In this document: one piece after another, positions 1-9,700 of the stretch | Numbering within the stretch: position 1 is the stretch's first letter | How the letters are laid out: every line of letters begins with the position of its first letter | Source of the DNA: Candidatus Multivoradales bacterium | GTDB taxonomy: Bacteria > Acidobacteriota > Thermoanaerobaculia > Multivoradales > Multivoraceae | Direction: 5' to 3' | Assembly: GCA_965223325.1 (NCBI GenBank) | Contig: CBDCWI010000002.1 | Coordinates: 4,064,001 to 4,128,000, forward strand | Length of the DNA stretch: 64,000 bases | Notes under the pieces: generated by a model | Seen by the model: only the letters and a program-made list of their open reading frames with translations | Databases searched by the model: none | Told to the model about the DNA's origin: nothing | Translations under genes and position numbers: made by a program

Positions 1-1248
1 CTCGGCAACGACATGCAGCTGACCTCGATCAGTGGCTACGAGTCGGTCGACGCTGATGGTTTCGGTGACATCGACGGCGGCAACCCGACGGGTCCGGGTT
101 TCATTCCGTTTGGCTCTCACACCGGTGGCTTCAACGAAGTCGAACAGCTGACCCAGGAGATCCGTTTGAGTCAGGACCATGGCGAAGGCTTCCGTTGGCA
201 GGCCGGTGCGTTCCTCTTCGACGCCGAGCTCGACAGCATCACCCGAGTCTTCTTTATCGACGACAGTCGAACCGTCGAAGACAGCTCCGCCTGGGCCTTG
301 TTCGGCCAGGGCACCAAGGCGCTCAACGATCGCCTCGACCTGACCATCGGACTGCGCTACACCGAAGACGAGAAAGACCTCACGATCCTCGCTTCGCCGG
401 TTCCCAACGCTCCGGTGAGTGTCTCCGACGAGCAGGTGAGCTGGGACGCCAGCGTGGTCTATCAGGCAACCGACGACACCAATCTCTACGGTCGTGTTTC
501 CTCCGGCTTCCGTGGGCCGTCGATCCAGGGTCGGGACATCGCCTTCTTCGGCTCACCGTCGACGGCGCGTTCCGAGACGATCTTGTCGTACGAAGTGGGC
601 AGCAAGTCCGAGATCGCCAACGGGCGCGTGCGCCTCAACACCGCCCTCTTCTACTACACGGTTGACGACCAGCAGTTCACTGCCATCGGTGGTGACGGCA
701 ACTTCATTCGCCTGGTCAACGCCGCAGAGGGTCAGGGTCAGGGTCTCGAGTTCGACCTCAAGTGGTTGGCAACCAATCGCTTGCAGCTGGGCGTCGGGCT
801 CGGTCTCTCTGACACCGAGATCAACGACCCGAACCTGGCCGTCGCGACCTGCGGCTCAGGCCAGTGCACGGTACTCGATCCGCTCGACGGCAACGGCAAC
901 GCTCTCGTCGACGGCAACCCGTTCCCCAACGCCCCCGAGTACACCTACAACCTGAGCGCCGACTACACGATTCCAATCGGTGATGGTGGCCTGTTGTTGT
1001 CAGCCGACTACGTGGTGATTGGCGATACCAACTTCTTCCTCTACGAGTCGGCCGAGTTCAACATCGACGAGAACCCCGAACTCGGTCTTCGTATCGGTTA
1101 CGCGTGGGCCGGGCAGGAGATCGCGCTCTTCGGTCGCAACGTCACCGACGAGGAGAACCTGATCGGTGGGATCGACTTCAACAACAACACTGGTTTCGTC
1201 AACGAACCGCGGACCTACGGCGTCACGTACAAGCGCTTTGTGTTCTAA
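1..1248 (+). CDS. TonB-dependent outer-membrane receptor (5'-truncated by window edge)
   Basis: Beta-barrel-type sequence (GLRYTEDEK, YEVGSKS, N-x-TDE, PRTYGV) with C-terminal Phe; frame open from window start. Confidence 0.9.
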   Translation, partial: LGNDMQLTSISGYESVDADGFGDIDGGNPTGPGFIPFGSHTGGFNEVEQLTQEIRLSQDHGEGFRWQAGAFLFDAELDSITRVFFIDDSRTVEDSSAWALFGQGTKALNDRLDLTIGLRYTEDEKDLTILASPVPNAPVSVSDEQVSWDASVVYQATDDTNLYGRVSSGFRGPSIQGRDIAFFGSPSTARSETILSYEVGSKSEIANGRVRLNTALFYYTVDDQQFTAIGGDGNFIRLVNAAEGQGQGLEFDLKWLATNRLQLGVGLGLSDTEINDPNLAVATCGSGQCTVLDPLDGNGNALVDGNPFPNAPEYTYNLSADYTIPIGDGGLLLSADYVVIGDTNFFLYESAEFNIDENPELGLRIGYAWAGQEIALFGRNVTDEENLIGGIDFNNNTGFVNEPRTYGVTYKRFVF

Positions 1249-1480
1249 CGAAAGACGTGGTTGACGCCGTTGGGGCGTTTTCCTGGCGTTGGTTGAATGT
1301 GGTCGCTGTTTGGGCGTAGTACCTCCGCTGAGTGGTTACCACGTCTTTCGTTAGACGTCCTCTCCCCCCTTGGCGTCCCCCCAGGGGGGGCGGCGCAAGC
1401 GGTCCGTCGCGCGTGCCGGTTGCGGCAGGGTGCCGCCCTGTAGTGGGCGTCGCTGGCCTTCGTTTCGCCTGTCGCGCGCC
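1244..1480 (+). repeat. Stop-codon-anchored structured element, copy A (single)
   Basis: 18-bp inverted repeat TCTAACGAAAGACGTGGT (1244-1261) / ACCACGTCTTTCGTTAGA (1338-1355), C-run/G-run hairpin, CGGCGCAAGCGGTCCGT at 1391, GTCGCGCGCC at 1471; motifs shared with elements at 5483, 41024, 50210. Confidence 0.85.
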
Positions 1481-1545
1481 GCTGAGAGATGCCAGCCGCC
1501 CGGCTACCATGGCGGGGAGCCTCGACGACCTTTCTACGGAGAATC

Positions 1546-2802
1546 ATGAAGCCCAGCACCGCGACAAGCCCCGACCTTGCGCCCGAAGGCCATGAGCGCT
1601 TGGCCTGGGCGCGGCGCAATATGCCGGTCCTGCGCGGCCTGGAGGAGGAGTTCGCCAGGACCCAGCCGCTGGCCGGTCGCAATGTGGTGGTCAGTGTGCA
1701 CCTGGAGGCCAAGACCGCCTACCTGGCGCTGGTCCTGTGTGCCGGGGGGGCACGGGTGGCGGTGACGGGGAGCAACGCCGGCTCGACCAAGGACTCGGTG
1801 GTTGCGGCGCTGGTGGAACGTGGGCTGCATGTTTATGCGCGGCACGGGGCGTCGCCCGAGGAGATGCATCAGTTCCTCCACGACGCGCTCGATCTCGAAC
1901 CCCAGGTGGTGATCGATGACGGCGGAGACATCGTCGAAGTCCTGCATGACGAGCGAGCGGAGTTGCTGCCTCAGGTGCTCGGTGCCTGTGAAGAGACCAC
2001 CACCGGTGTCTTGCGGGCCCGGGCGCGCAGTCGGGCGGGCAAGCTCGCCTTCCCGGTGCTGCTCATCAACGACGCGCGTTGCAAGCACCTGTTCGACAAC
2101 GTCTACGGGACCGGCGAGTCGGTGTGGGCAGCGGTGATGCGGGCTGGCAACGTGGCAGTCGCCGGGAAGACGGTCGCGATCGCGGGCTTCGGTTGGTGTG
2201 GGCGCGGCTGTGCGCTGCGCGCGAGTGGTCTGGGTGCGCGTGTGATCGTCAGTGAGGTTGACCCGGTGAAGGCGCTCGATGCCACGATGAATGGCTATCA
2301 GGTCCTGCCGTTGGTGGAAGCCTGTCGCCAGGCCGACTTCGTTTTGACGGTCACCGGTCTACGCAACACGTTGCGACGAGAGCACTTCGAGGCCATGAAG
2401 AACGGCGCCTTCATCGCCAACGCCGGTCACTTCCGTTCGGAGGTCGACGTTCCTGCCCTGGAGGACTTGGGCGTAGAGCGCAGCCGGGAGCGTGAAACGA
2501 TCGAAGGCTTCCGAATGAGCGACGATCGGTGGCTCTACCTGCTCGGCAATGGGAACATCGTCAACATTGCCTGTGGTGATGGACATCCCGCCGAGATCAT
2601 GGACCTCTCGTTCTCGTTGCAGGCCCTCACCGCTCGCTACGTTACCGAGCAGGCAGGCACGCTCGCCCGCGACACCCTTCCGGTTCCAGAAGCCATCGAC
2701 CTCGAGGTGGCGCGTCGCAAACTCGAGAGCATGGGGGTTTCGATTGACGATCTCTCGGCCGAGCAGGAGGCCTACCGTGACCACTGGCGCACCGACGTTT
2801 GA
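1546..2802 (+). CDS. ahcY: Adenosylhomocysteinase family (short archaeal/Firmicutes-like type; possibly S-inosylhomocysteine hydrolase)
   Basis: Motifs HLEAKT, DDGGD, EETTTG, KHLFDNVYGTGES, GFGWCG, NAGHF, GHPAEIMDLSF; GGAGA RBS before ATG 1546. Confidence 0.93.
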   Translation: MKPSTATSPDLAPEGHERLAWARRNMPVLRGLEEEFARTQPLAGRNVVVSVHLEAKTAYLALVLCAGGARVAVTGSNAGSTKDSVVAALVERGLHVYARHGASPEEMHQFLHDALDLEPQVVIDDGGDIVEVLHDERAELLPQVLGACEETTTGVLRARARSRAGKLAFPVLLINDARCKHLFDNVYGTGESVWAAVMRAGNVAVAGKTVAIAGFGWCGRGCALRASGLGARVIVSEVDPVKALDATMNGYQVLPLVEACRQADFVLTVTGLRNTLRREHFEAMKNGAFIANAGHFRSEVDVPALEDLGVERSRERETIEGFRMSDDRWLYLLGNGNIVNIACGDGHPAEIMDLSFSLQALTARYVTEQAGTLARDTLPVPEAIDLEVARRKLESMGVSIDDLSAEQEAYRDHWRTDV

Positions 2803-2806
2803 ACCG

Positions 2807-4141
2807 ATGGCTGAAGGAAAGGAAGCACCCGACCTGGTCATCACCGGTGCCCGCGTCGTCACCCGTGACAGCGCGCGGCGCACCATCGATTCGGGCGGCG
2901 TGGCGGTCACCGGAACGCGCATCAGCGCTGTCGGAAGCGACGACGAGTTGTCAACGCTTGCTTTGCGTGCGGCAAGGCATTTCGATGCCTCCGGGCACCT
3001 GTTGTGTCCAGGTCTCGTCAACCTGCACTGTCATACGCCCAACAGTCTCTTCCGCGGATTGGTCGAAGACCTGGCGCTCGAGCCCTGGCTCGACACCTTG
3101 TGGAAGGCCGAGAAGGCGACTCTCACTCCCGAGACCACTCGCCTAGGTGCTCAGCTCGGTCTGGCCGAGAATCTGCTCGCCGGGGTGACCACCGTCATGG
3201 ACATGTTTTGGTTCCCCGAGGAAGGCGCGCAGGCCGCGGTGGACATGGGGGTGCGCGTTTCCACCGGCGGCATGGCCTTCGACGGTGAGGGCATGGATGG
3301 CATCGACGAGGGCGACCGCGAAGACCAGGCACGTGCCTTCGTTGCGCGGTTCGGCGATGAACCACTGGTCGTGCCGTCGCTCAACCCGCACGCCACCTAC
3401 ACGGTCGGGCCAGAGGGTCTCGAGATGTGTGCTCGGCTGCAGGAGGAGTTCGATTGCCTGCTTACGATCCATGCCGCTGAGACGCGTTTCGAGCAGCGCA
3501 CCGCAAAGGAGCGCTTCGGCAAGTCGGTGATCCGAGTACTCGAAGACAGAGGCCTTCTCGGTTCGCGCACGGTGCTTGCACACTGCGTACACCTCGACGA
3601 GGGCGAGATCGGCTTGATTGCCGAGAGTGGAACGGCGGTGGCGCACAATCCGGTCTCGAATCTGAAGATCGGTTCGGGGGTCGCCCCGATTCCCGAACTA
3701 CTCGCGGCGGGAGCGCGCGTCGGCGTCGGTACAGACGGTGCGGTAAGCGGCAACGACCTCGACATCTGGATGGCGCTCCGGCTAGCGGCGATTCTTCACA
3801 AGGGCGCGCATGAGGATCCGCTGGTGGTCACAGTCGACCAGGCGCTCGCCATGGTGACCGACGGGGGCGCGGCTGCTCTCGGGTTGGGAGATGAGATTGG
3901 CTCTCTCGAGGTCGGCAAGTCTGCTGATCTGGCGCTACTCGAGCTGCAGCAGCCCTATGCCGTGCCACTCTTCGACCCGGAAGGGCACCTGGTGTTCTCG
4001 GCCGGCAGGGGAGACGTGCGGCAGGTTTTCGTGCGTGGGCGCCAGGTGGTTGCGGATCGCGAGATCCTGACGCTCGACCTGGCCGATGTTCTCGGGCGCG
4101 TCGACGCTCTGGCTGGCAGCATCGCGGCTTCGGTGCGCTAG
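2807..4141 (+). CDS. Amidohydrolase, MTA/SAH deaminase (MtaD/DadD)-like
   Basis: PGLVNLHCH, HAAET, AHCV, HNPVSNLK, GTDG, GSLEVGKSAD motifs; starts 4 nt after ahcY stop. Confidence 0.8.
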   Translation: MAEGKEAPDLVITGARVVTRDSARRTIDSGGVAVTGTRISAVGSDDELSTLALRAARHFDASGHLLCPGLVNLHCHTPNSLFRGLVEDLALEPWLDTLWKAEKATLTPETTRLGAQLGLAENLLAGVTTVMDMFWFPEEGAQAAVDMGVRVSTGGMAFDGEGMDGIDEGDREDQARAFVARFGDEPLVVPSLNPHATYTVGPEGLEMCARLQEEFDCLLTIHAAETRFEQRTAKERFGKSVIRVLEDRGLLGSRTVLAHCVHLDEGEIGLIAESGTAVAHNPVSNLKIGSGVAPIPELLAAGARVGVGTDGAVSGNDLDIWMALRLAAILHKGAHEDPLVVTVDQALAMVTDGGAAALGLGDEIGSLEVGKSADLALLELQQPYAVPLFDPEGHLVFSAGRGDVRQVFVRGRQVVADREILTLDLADVLGRVDALAGSIAASVR

Positions 4142-4224
4142 CTCCCGGAGACGTCAGCCCGAGACGTCGGCCTGGGACTGTGGAAGACTCGTCAGCTGAG
4201 CGAGAACTCAGAGGAAACCCTCCC

Positions 4225-4995
4225 ATGACCGATCCTTCCGCCAGCATGCCAGGCTCACCGTTCGGAACGACCCGCACTCGGGTGACCGACAGCTACGCCG
4301 TGCTCGCTCCCGACGGTCACGTGCTGGCTCCGCTGGCGTCGTGGCGAAACACGCAAGGGGTGATCCTGATTTCGCCGGCCATGGGGGCCGCCTTCGTGCA
4401 GTACCTGGCCCTGGCCGAGGAAGGCTCATCGACCGACCACGCAGCTCAGGGCATCGAGCGCTTCATCTACGTCGAGGCGGGCGAAGCGCGTTTCGAATCG
4501 CCGGCAGCCAACGCCTCCGTGCTCGCAGCCGGCCACTACATCTTCGTGCCTGCCGACACCGAACACCACCTCGAGGCCACCCAGACGTCGCGCTTGTGGG
4601 TCTTCGAGAAACCGTTCGAGCGCCGCGCCGGCACAGCGCTGCCCGAGGTCGTCGTCGGTGACACCGCTCGAGTCGAGGGCGTACCCTTCATGGGCGATGA
4701 AGATGCAGTTCTCAAGACGCTTCTCCCCGACGAGCCCGAGTTCGATATGGCGGTCAACCTCTTCACCTACCAGTCGGGAGCGACCCTGCCGTTCGTCGAG
4801 ACCCACATCATGGAGCACGGCCTCTTGATGGTCGAGGGCATGGGTGTCTACCGGCTCGGAGACGATTGGCACCCGGTGCAACAGGGTGACGTGATCTGGT
4901 TGGCGCCCTTTTGCCCGCAGTGGTTCGTCGCGATGGGAAAGCAGCCCGCCTCGTACCTCTACTACAAAGACGTGAACAGGGACCCTCTCGCATGA
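4225..4995 (+). CDS. allE: (S)-ureidoglycine aminohydrolase (bicupin)
   Basis: PFVETHIMEHGL and YLYYKDVNRDP motifs; purine-catabolic context. Confidence 0.9.
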   Translation: MTDPSASMPGSPFGTTRTRVTDSYAVLAPDGHVLAPLASWRNTQGVILISPAMGAAFVQYLALAEEGSSTDHAAQGIERFIYVEAGEARFESPAANASVLAAGHYIFVPADTEHHLEATQTSRLWVFEKPFERRAGTALPEVVVGDTARVEGVPFMGDEDAVLKTLLPDEPEFDMAVNLFTYQSGATLPFVETHIMEHGLLMVEGMGVYRLGDDWHPVQQGDVIWLAPFCPQWFVAMGKQPASYLYYKDVNRDPLA

Positions 4996-5486
4996 CCGAG
5001 CCGTTTCCCGAGCGCGACATGGTGCAGCGGTTTCTCAGTCGCGCGATCGACCTCTCACGCGAGAAGATGCGTGCCGGCGAAGGCGGACCCTTCGGTGCAG
5101 TCATTGCGCGCGGCGACGAGGTGATCGCCGAGGGTTGGAACCGCGTGACCTCGTCGTGTGATCCCACCGCCCACGCCGAAGTGGTGGCCATTCGGCACGC
5201 CAGCGAAGGCACCGGAACTTTCGATCTCAGCGGTGCGATCATCTACTCGAGCTGCGAACCCTGCCCGATGTGCCTCGGTGCCATCTATTGGGCGCGGCTC
5301 GACGGCCTGGTCTATGCGAACACACGCCACGAAGCGGCGCGCATTGGCTTTGACGACGAGCACTTCTACGACCAGATGGGCCTGCCGATGGGAATGCAGA
5401 AACTGCCCACCCGTCACCTCACCAGCAATGCCGCACGGGCGGTGTTCGATGAGTGGTTAGAGAAGGCCGATCGCGTGGAGTACTAG
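4992..5486 (+). CDS. guaD: Guanine deaminase, cytidine-deaminase fold
   Basis: GGPFGAVI, DPTAHAE, SCEPCPMC, C-terminal Tyr; ATGA overlap with allE. Confidence 0.82.
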   Translation: MTEPFPERDMVQRFLSRAIDLSREKMRAGEGGPFGAVIARGDEVIAEGWNRVTSSCDPTAHAEVVAIRHASEGTGTFDLSGAIIYSSCEPCPMCLGAIYWARLDGLVYANTRHEAARIGFDDEHFYDQMGLPMGMQKLPTRHLTSNAARAVFDEWLEKADRVEY

Positions 5487-6713
5487 CTTCCCCCGTGGTG
5501 GCACGTAGCGGGAGCCGTTGCCGTTTTGGTGTTTCTGTTGAGGTGGTTGTGGCGCCTTTTTGTTTTTCGGTGGGTCGTTTACCACGGGGGAAGCTAGCGT
5601 CACATCTGCGGCGCAAGCGGTCCGTCTTGCGTTCTTCTTCCTGGGCGCTCGCCCTGTCGTGGCGTCGGTGGTGTTCGTAGATTGGTCGCGCGCCGCGGAT
5701 TCTTGGCTTCGATGGAACAACTGGATCCGATAGGAACCGGGTCGTTGTACGTTGGCTCGTGGTGGCACGTAGCGGGAGCCGTTGCCGTTTTGGTGTTTCT
5801 GTTGAGGTGGTTGTGGCGCCTTTTTGTTTTTCGGCGGGTCGTTTACCACGGGGGAAGCTAGCGTCACATCTGCGGCGCAAGCGGTCCGTCTTGCGTTCTT
5901 CTTCCTGGGCGCTCGCCCTGTCGTGGCGTCGGTGGTGTTCGTAGATTGGTCGCGCGCCGCGGATTCTTGGCTTCGATGGAACAACTGGATCCGATAGGAA
6001 CCGGGTCGTTGTACGTTGGCTCGTGGTGGCACGTAGCGGGAGCCGTTGCCGTTTTGGTGTTTCTGTTGAGGTGGTTGTGGCGCCTTTTGGTTTTTCGGCG
6101 GGTCGTTTACCACGGGGGAAGCTAGCGTCACATCTGCGGCGCAAGCGGTCCGTCTTGCGTTCTTCTTCCTGGGCGCTCGCCCTGTCGTGGCGTCGGTGGT
6201 GTTCGTAGATTGGTCGCGCGCCGCGGATTCTTGGCTTCGATGGAACAACTGGATCCGATAGGAACCGGGTCGTTGTACGTTGGCTCGTGGTGGCACGTAG
6301 CGGGAGCCGTTGCCGTTTTGGTGTTTCTGTTGAGGTGGTTGTGGCGGTTTTTGTTTTTCGGTGGGTCGTTTACCACGGGGGAAGCTAGCGTCACATCTGC
6401 GGCGCAAGCGGTCCGTCGTGCGTTCTTCTTCCTGGGCGCTCGCCCTGTCGTGGCGTCGGTGGTGTTCGTAGATTGGTCGCGCGCCGCGGATTCTTGGCTT
6501 CGATGGAACAACTGGATCCGATAGGAACCGGGTCGTTGTACGTTGGCTCGTGGTGGCACGTAGCGGGAGCCGTTGCCGTTTTAGTGTTTCTGTTGAGGTG
6601 GTTGTGGCGCCTTTTTGTTTTTCGGTGGGTCGTTTACCACGGTGGAAGCTAGCGTCACATCTGCGGCGCAAGCGGTCCGTCGTGCGTTCTTCTTCCTGGG
6701 CGCTCGCCCTGTC
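5483..6713 (+). repeat. Stop-codon-anchored element copy B, tandem array of ~4.6 x 264 bp
   Basis: Units start CGTGGTGGCACG at 5494, 5758, 6022, 6286, 6549; IR CTAGCTTCCCCCGTGGT (5483-5499) / ACCACGGGGGAAGCTAG (5581-5597); family motifs in each unit. Confidence 0.95.
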
Positions 6714-6741
6714 CGCGCGTTGCGACCCTGCCTCCCTTGTC

Positions 6742-9700
6742 TCATTCTTTCTCGCTGCCGCCAAGCACGCGCAGGATCTCTTCGTGGGTTGCCGGTAGCT
6801 GAAGGTTTCGCGAGCACCCTCTCGCCTGGGCCAGTGCGTCTTTGACTGCGGTGAACACGGCGATCGCCAGCATCAGCGGCGGTTCACCAACGGCCTTGGT
6901 GCTGCGCAGGTTCTTGTGGTTGAGGTCATTGTCGATGAAGTCGATGTTCATGACCGGCGGCAGGTCGCTGACGGCGGGGATCTTGTAGGTCGTGGGTGAG
7001 TGGGAGAGGAGCGCACCGCCCGGGTCGTAGACCAGTTCTTCGGCGGTGACCCAGCCGATTCCCTGAACGAGGCCGCCGATGACCTGGCCGCGTTCGATTT
7101 CGAAGTTGATGGGCTTGCCGATATCCATCAGCACGTCCAGTCGCTCGACCTGCAGCGTGCCGAAGTCGCGGTCGATGAGCACCTCTGCGACACAGCCGCC
7201 GGTGGTGAAGTAGTAGAAGGGCGTTCCGCGACCGGTTTCGCGGTTGAAATCCACTCCCGGCGTGGCGTAAAAGCCTCGCGCGCCGAGGTCGACGCGTTCG
7301 GTGTGGGCCTTCTTTATCAGCTCCTGGAAGGTCAACCGACGGGTCGGCGCGCGGCGGTCGAAGACTTCGCCGCAGTCGAAGACCACCGCTTCCGGTGACG
7401 CCACGCGGCCCTGTTTGCGACTAGCGAAGTGATCAGCGGCCAGGGTAGCCAAGCGTCGGCGAATGGTTGCGCAAGCGCGCACTGCGGCGGTGCCGTTCAG
7501 GTCCGTGCTTGCTGAGGCAGCTGTTGGGGAGGTGTTGTTGTTCTTTTCCGTCGACGTCTGGAGCACGACGACTCGCCGTGGGTCGATGGAAAACTCTTCG
7601 GCGACGACCTGGGCGATCTTTGTGTTCACTCCCTGGCCCATCTCAGTGGCCCCGGTCGAAACCTGCACCGTGCCGTCGGTGAACACGTTGACCAAGGCGT
7701 TGGCCTGGTTGAGGGTCTTGTTGGTGAACGAGATTCCGAACTTTACTGGCACCAGGGACAGGCCGCGAAGGTACGTTTCGTTCGACTGGTTGAACTGCCT
7801 GATCTCCTCGCGCCGTGCGTTGTAGTCGGCGTCGCGCGCGAGGCGCGGCATGATCTCGGGCAACAGGTTCGAGACCACGGGTTGCCCGTAGGGGGTCGTG
7901 TTGGATCTCTCATTCCCCGGATCGGGGTCGCGTGCGTAGAGGTTGGCCGTGCGCACCTCGAGCGAGTCAAGATCGAGATGCTGTGCGACTTCTTCCATCA
8001 CCGTTTCGATGACGGCCATACCCTGGGGGCCGCCGAAGCCACGAAATGCTGTGTTGGGCGGCAGGTTGGTGCGGCAGACCTGTGCGGTGATCCTGACCGC
8101 CGGTAGGTAGTAGGCGTTGTCTAGATGAAGCATCAGGCGCTCGAGCACCGCGGTCGACAGGTCGGCGAATGCGCCGCCATTGGTGCGTACCTCGAAGTCC
8201 GCCGCGAGAATGTGACCGTCGCCGTCGAAACCGATGCGATAACCCACCAGGGCTTCGTGGCGTTTGCCGGTCAGTTTCATGTCGTCGTCTTTGCTGTAGA
8301 CGACGCGAGCAGGCCGGCCGGTTTGCCTGGCGACCAGCGCTGCCATCAGTGCCGGGATCGCAGCTTGGGTTTCTTTACCGCCGAAAGCGCCGCCCATGCG
8401 CTTCACCTCGCAGATCACCTGGTGCATTCCGAGATCCAGGACCTCTGCGGCGACCGCCTGGATCTCGGTTGGGTTCTGGGTCGACGAGATGATGGTGAGT
8501 TCGTCGTTCTCGCGCGGAATGGCGAGGGCAGCCTGGCTCTCGAGGTAGAACTGCTCCTGACCTCCGGTGCGCAGGCTGCCTTCAAGCTCATGCGATGCCG
8601 CTTTGAAAGCCTTCGCCAGGCCGCCGCGGGCGATGACGCGTTGGGGACCCAGGAACTCGCCTCGTTCCTCGGCCTCTTCGATTCGAAGAGTCGGCTCGAG
8701 CTTCTGAGCCTCGATGACCACCAGCTTCTGTGCCGCTTTCAGTGCGTGGCGCGAGGTTGCTGCGAGAACCACCAGAGGCTGACCCAGGTAGTGGAACTCT
8801 CTCTTGGGGAGAAACGGCTCGTCGTGGAAAATCGGCCCAAAGGGACGATGGTGCGGTAGGTCGGCTGCGGTGAAGACTCCCTCGACACCCGGCACATTGC
8901 GCGCCGCCCTTGTGTCGATGCGTTCGATCGTGCCGCGCGCATGCGGGGCGCCGACAAAGCCGACCACCAGCTCGCCCTCACGGTGAGGCAGGTCTTCGAC
9001 GTATGGAGCGCTGCCCGTCACGTGGCCGCTCGCAGAGTCGTGATGAAGCGAGTTTGGATCCGGTGGGGCAGCTGCCGTGACCGCCTCGAGAGCGAGCCCA
9101 CACTCTCGTTCATCTGGAGGCGTTCGCTTCCAGCCGGCGTCGACGTCTCGCCACGTGCGCAGAAGGACGTTGGCGGCCAACTGCAGGCGGTACTCGGCCC
9201 GGCCGCGCACGTCGGTGATGGGGGTGATCTCACCTTGCGCTATCTGACCGGCTCTTGCGAACAGCTCTTCACTTACAGTCTCGCCGGCGAGTAGGGCCTC
9301 GGTCTCTGGAAGCCGCATCACGACGGGTCCGACACCGCCCATCACGACTTTGGGATCGCTGATCACACCCGCATCGTCAGCGAAGAAGCGGATGGCAGCG
9401 GTAAAGATCGAAATGTCGAGATCCAAGCGGCGTGAAACCTTGAACAACCGAAACACTTCGTCCGAACGTGGGATCTCGAATCGGATGCGCGCCAGCAGTT
9501 CGCCGCGCTCGAGGAGCGTTTCCTTGTAGCCGGTGTAGAAACCGTCGATCGGTAGCCAGCGCGCCCCTTTCGCACTCACCAGCTCGAGCTGTGCGTCGCA
9601 GGCGATCAGACACGGAATCGCATCGCCGATCGGAGAGGCGTTCATCAAGTTGCCACCGATGGTTCCCAAGTGGCGGATCTGGGGGGCGCCAAAGACGTCG

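Noticed and set aside
1243-1356. Integron attC site (TTCTAAC ... GTTAGAC)
   Set aside because: The core-like boxes appear only in copy A; the three homologous elements lack AAC/GTT; no integrase or cassette array.
5494-6713. CRISPR array interpretation of the tandem repeats (also 41-42 kb and 49-50 kb)
   Set aside because: Units are 132-264 bp and near-identical throughout; no unique spacers and no cas genes.
5419-6845. Long ORFs (435 aa, 241 aa, etc.) over the 264-bp array
   Set aside because: Unit length is a multiple of 3 so frames stay open; a 1-bp indel shifts frame; no RBS or protein-like features.
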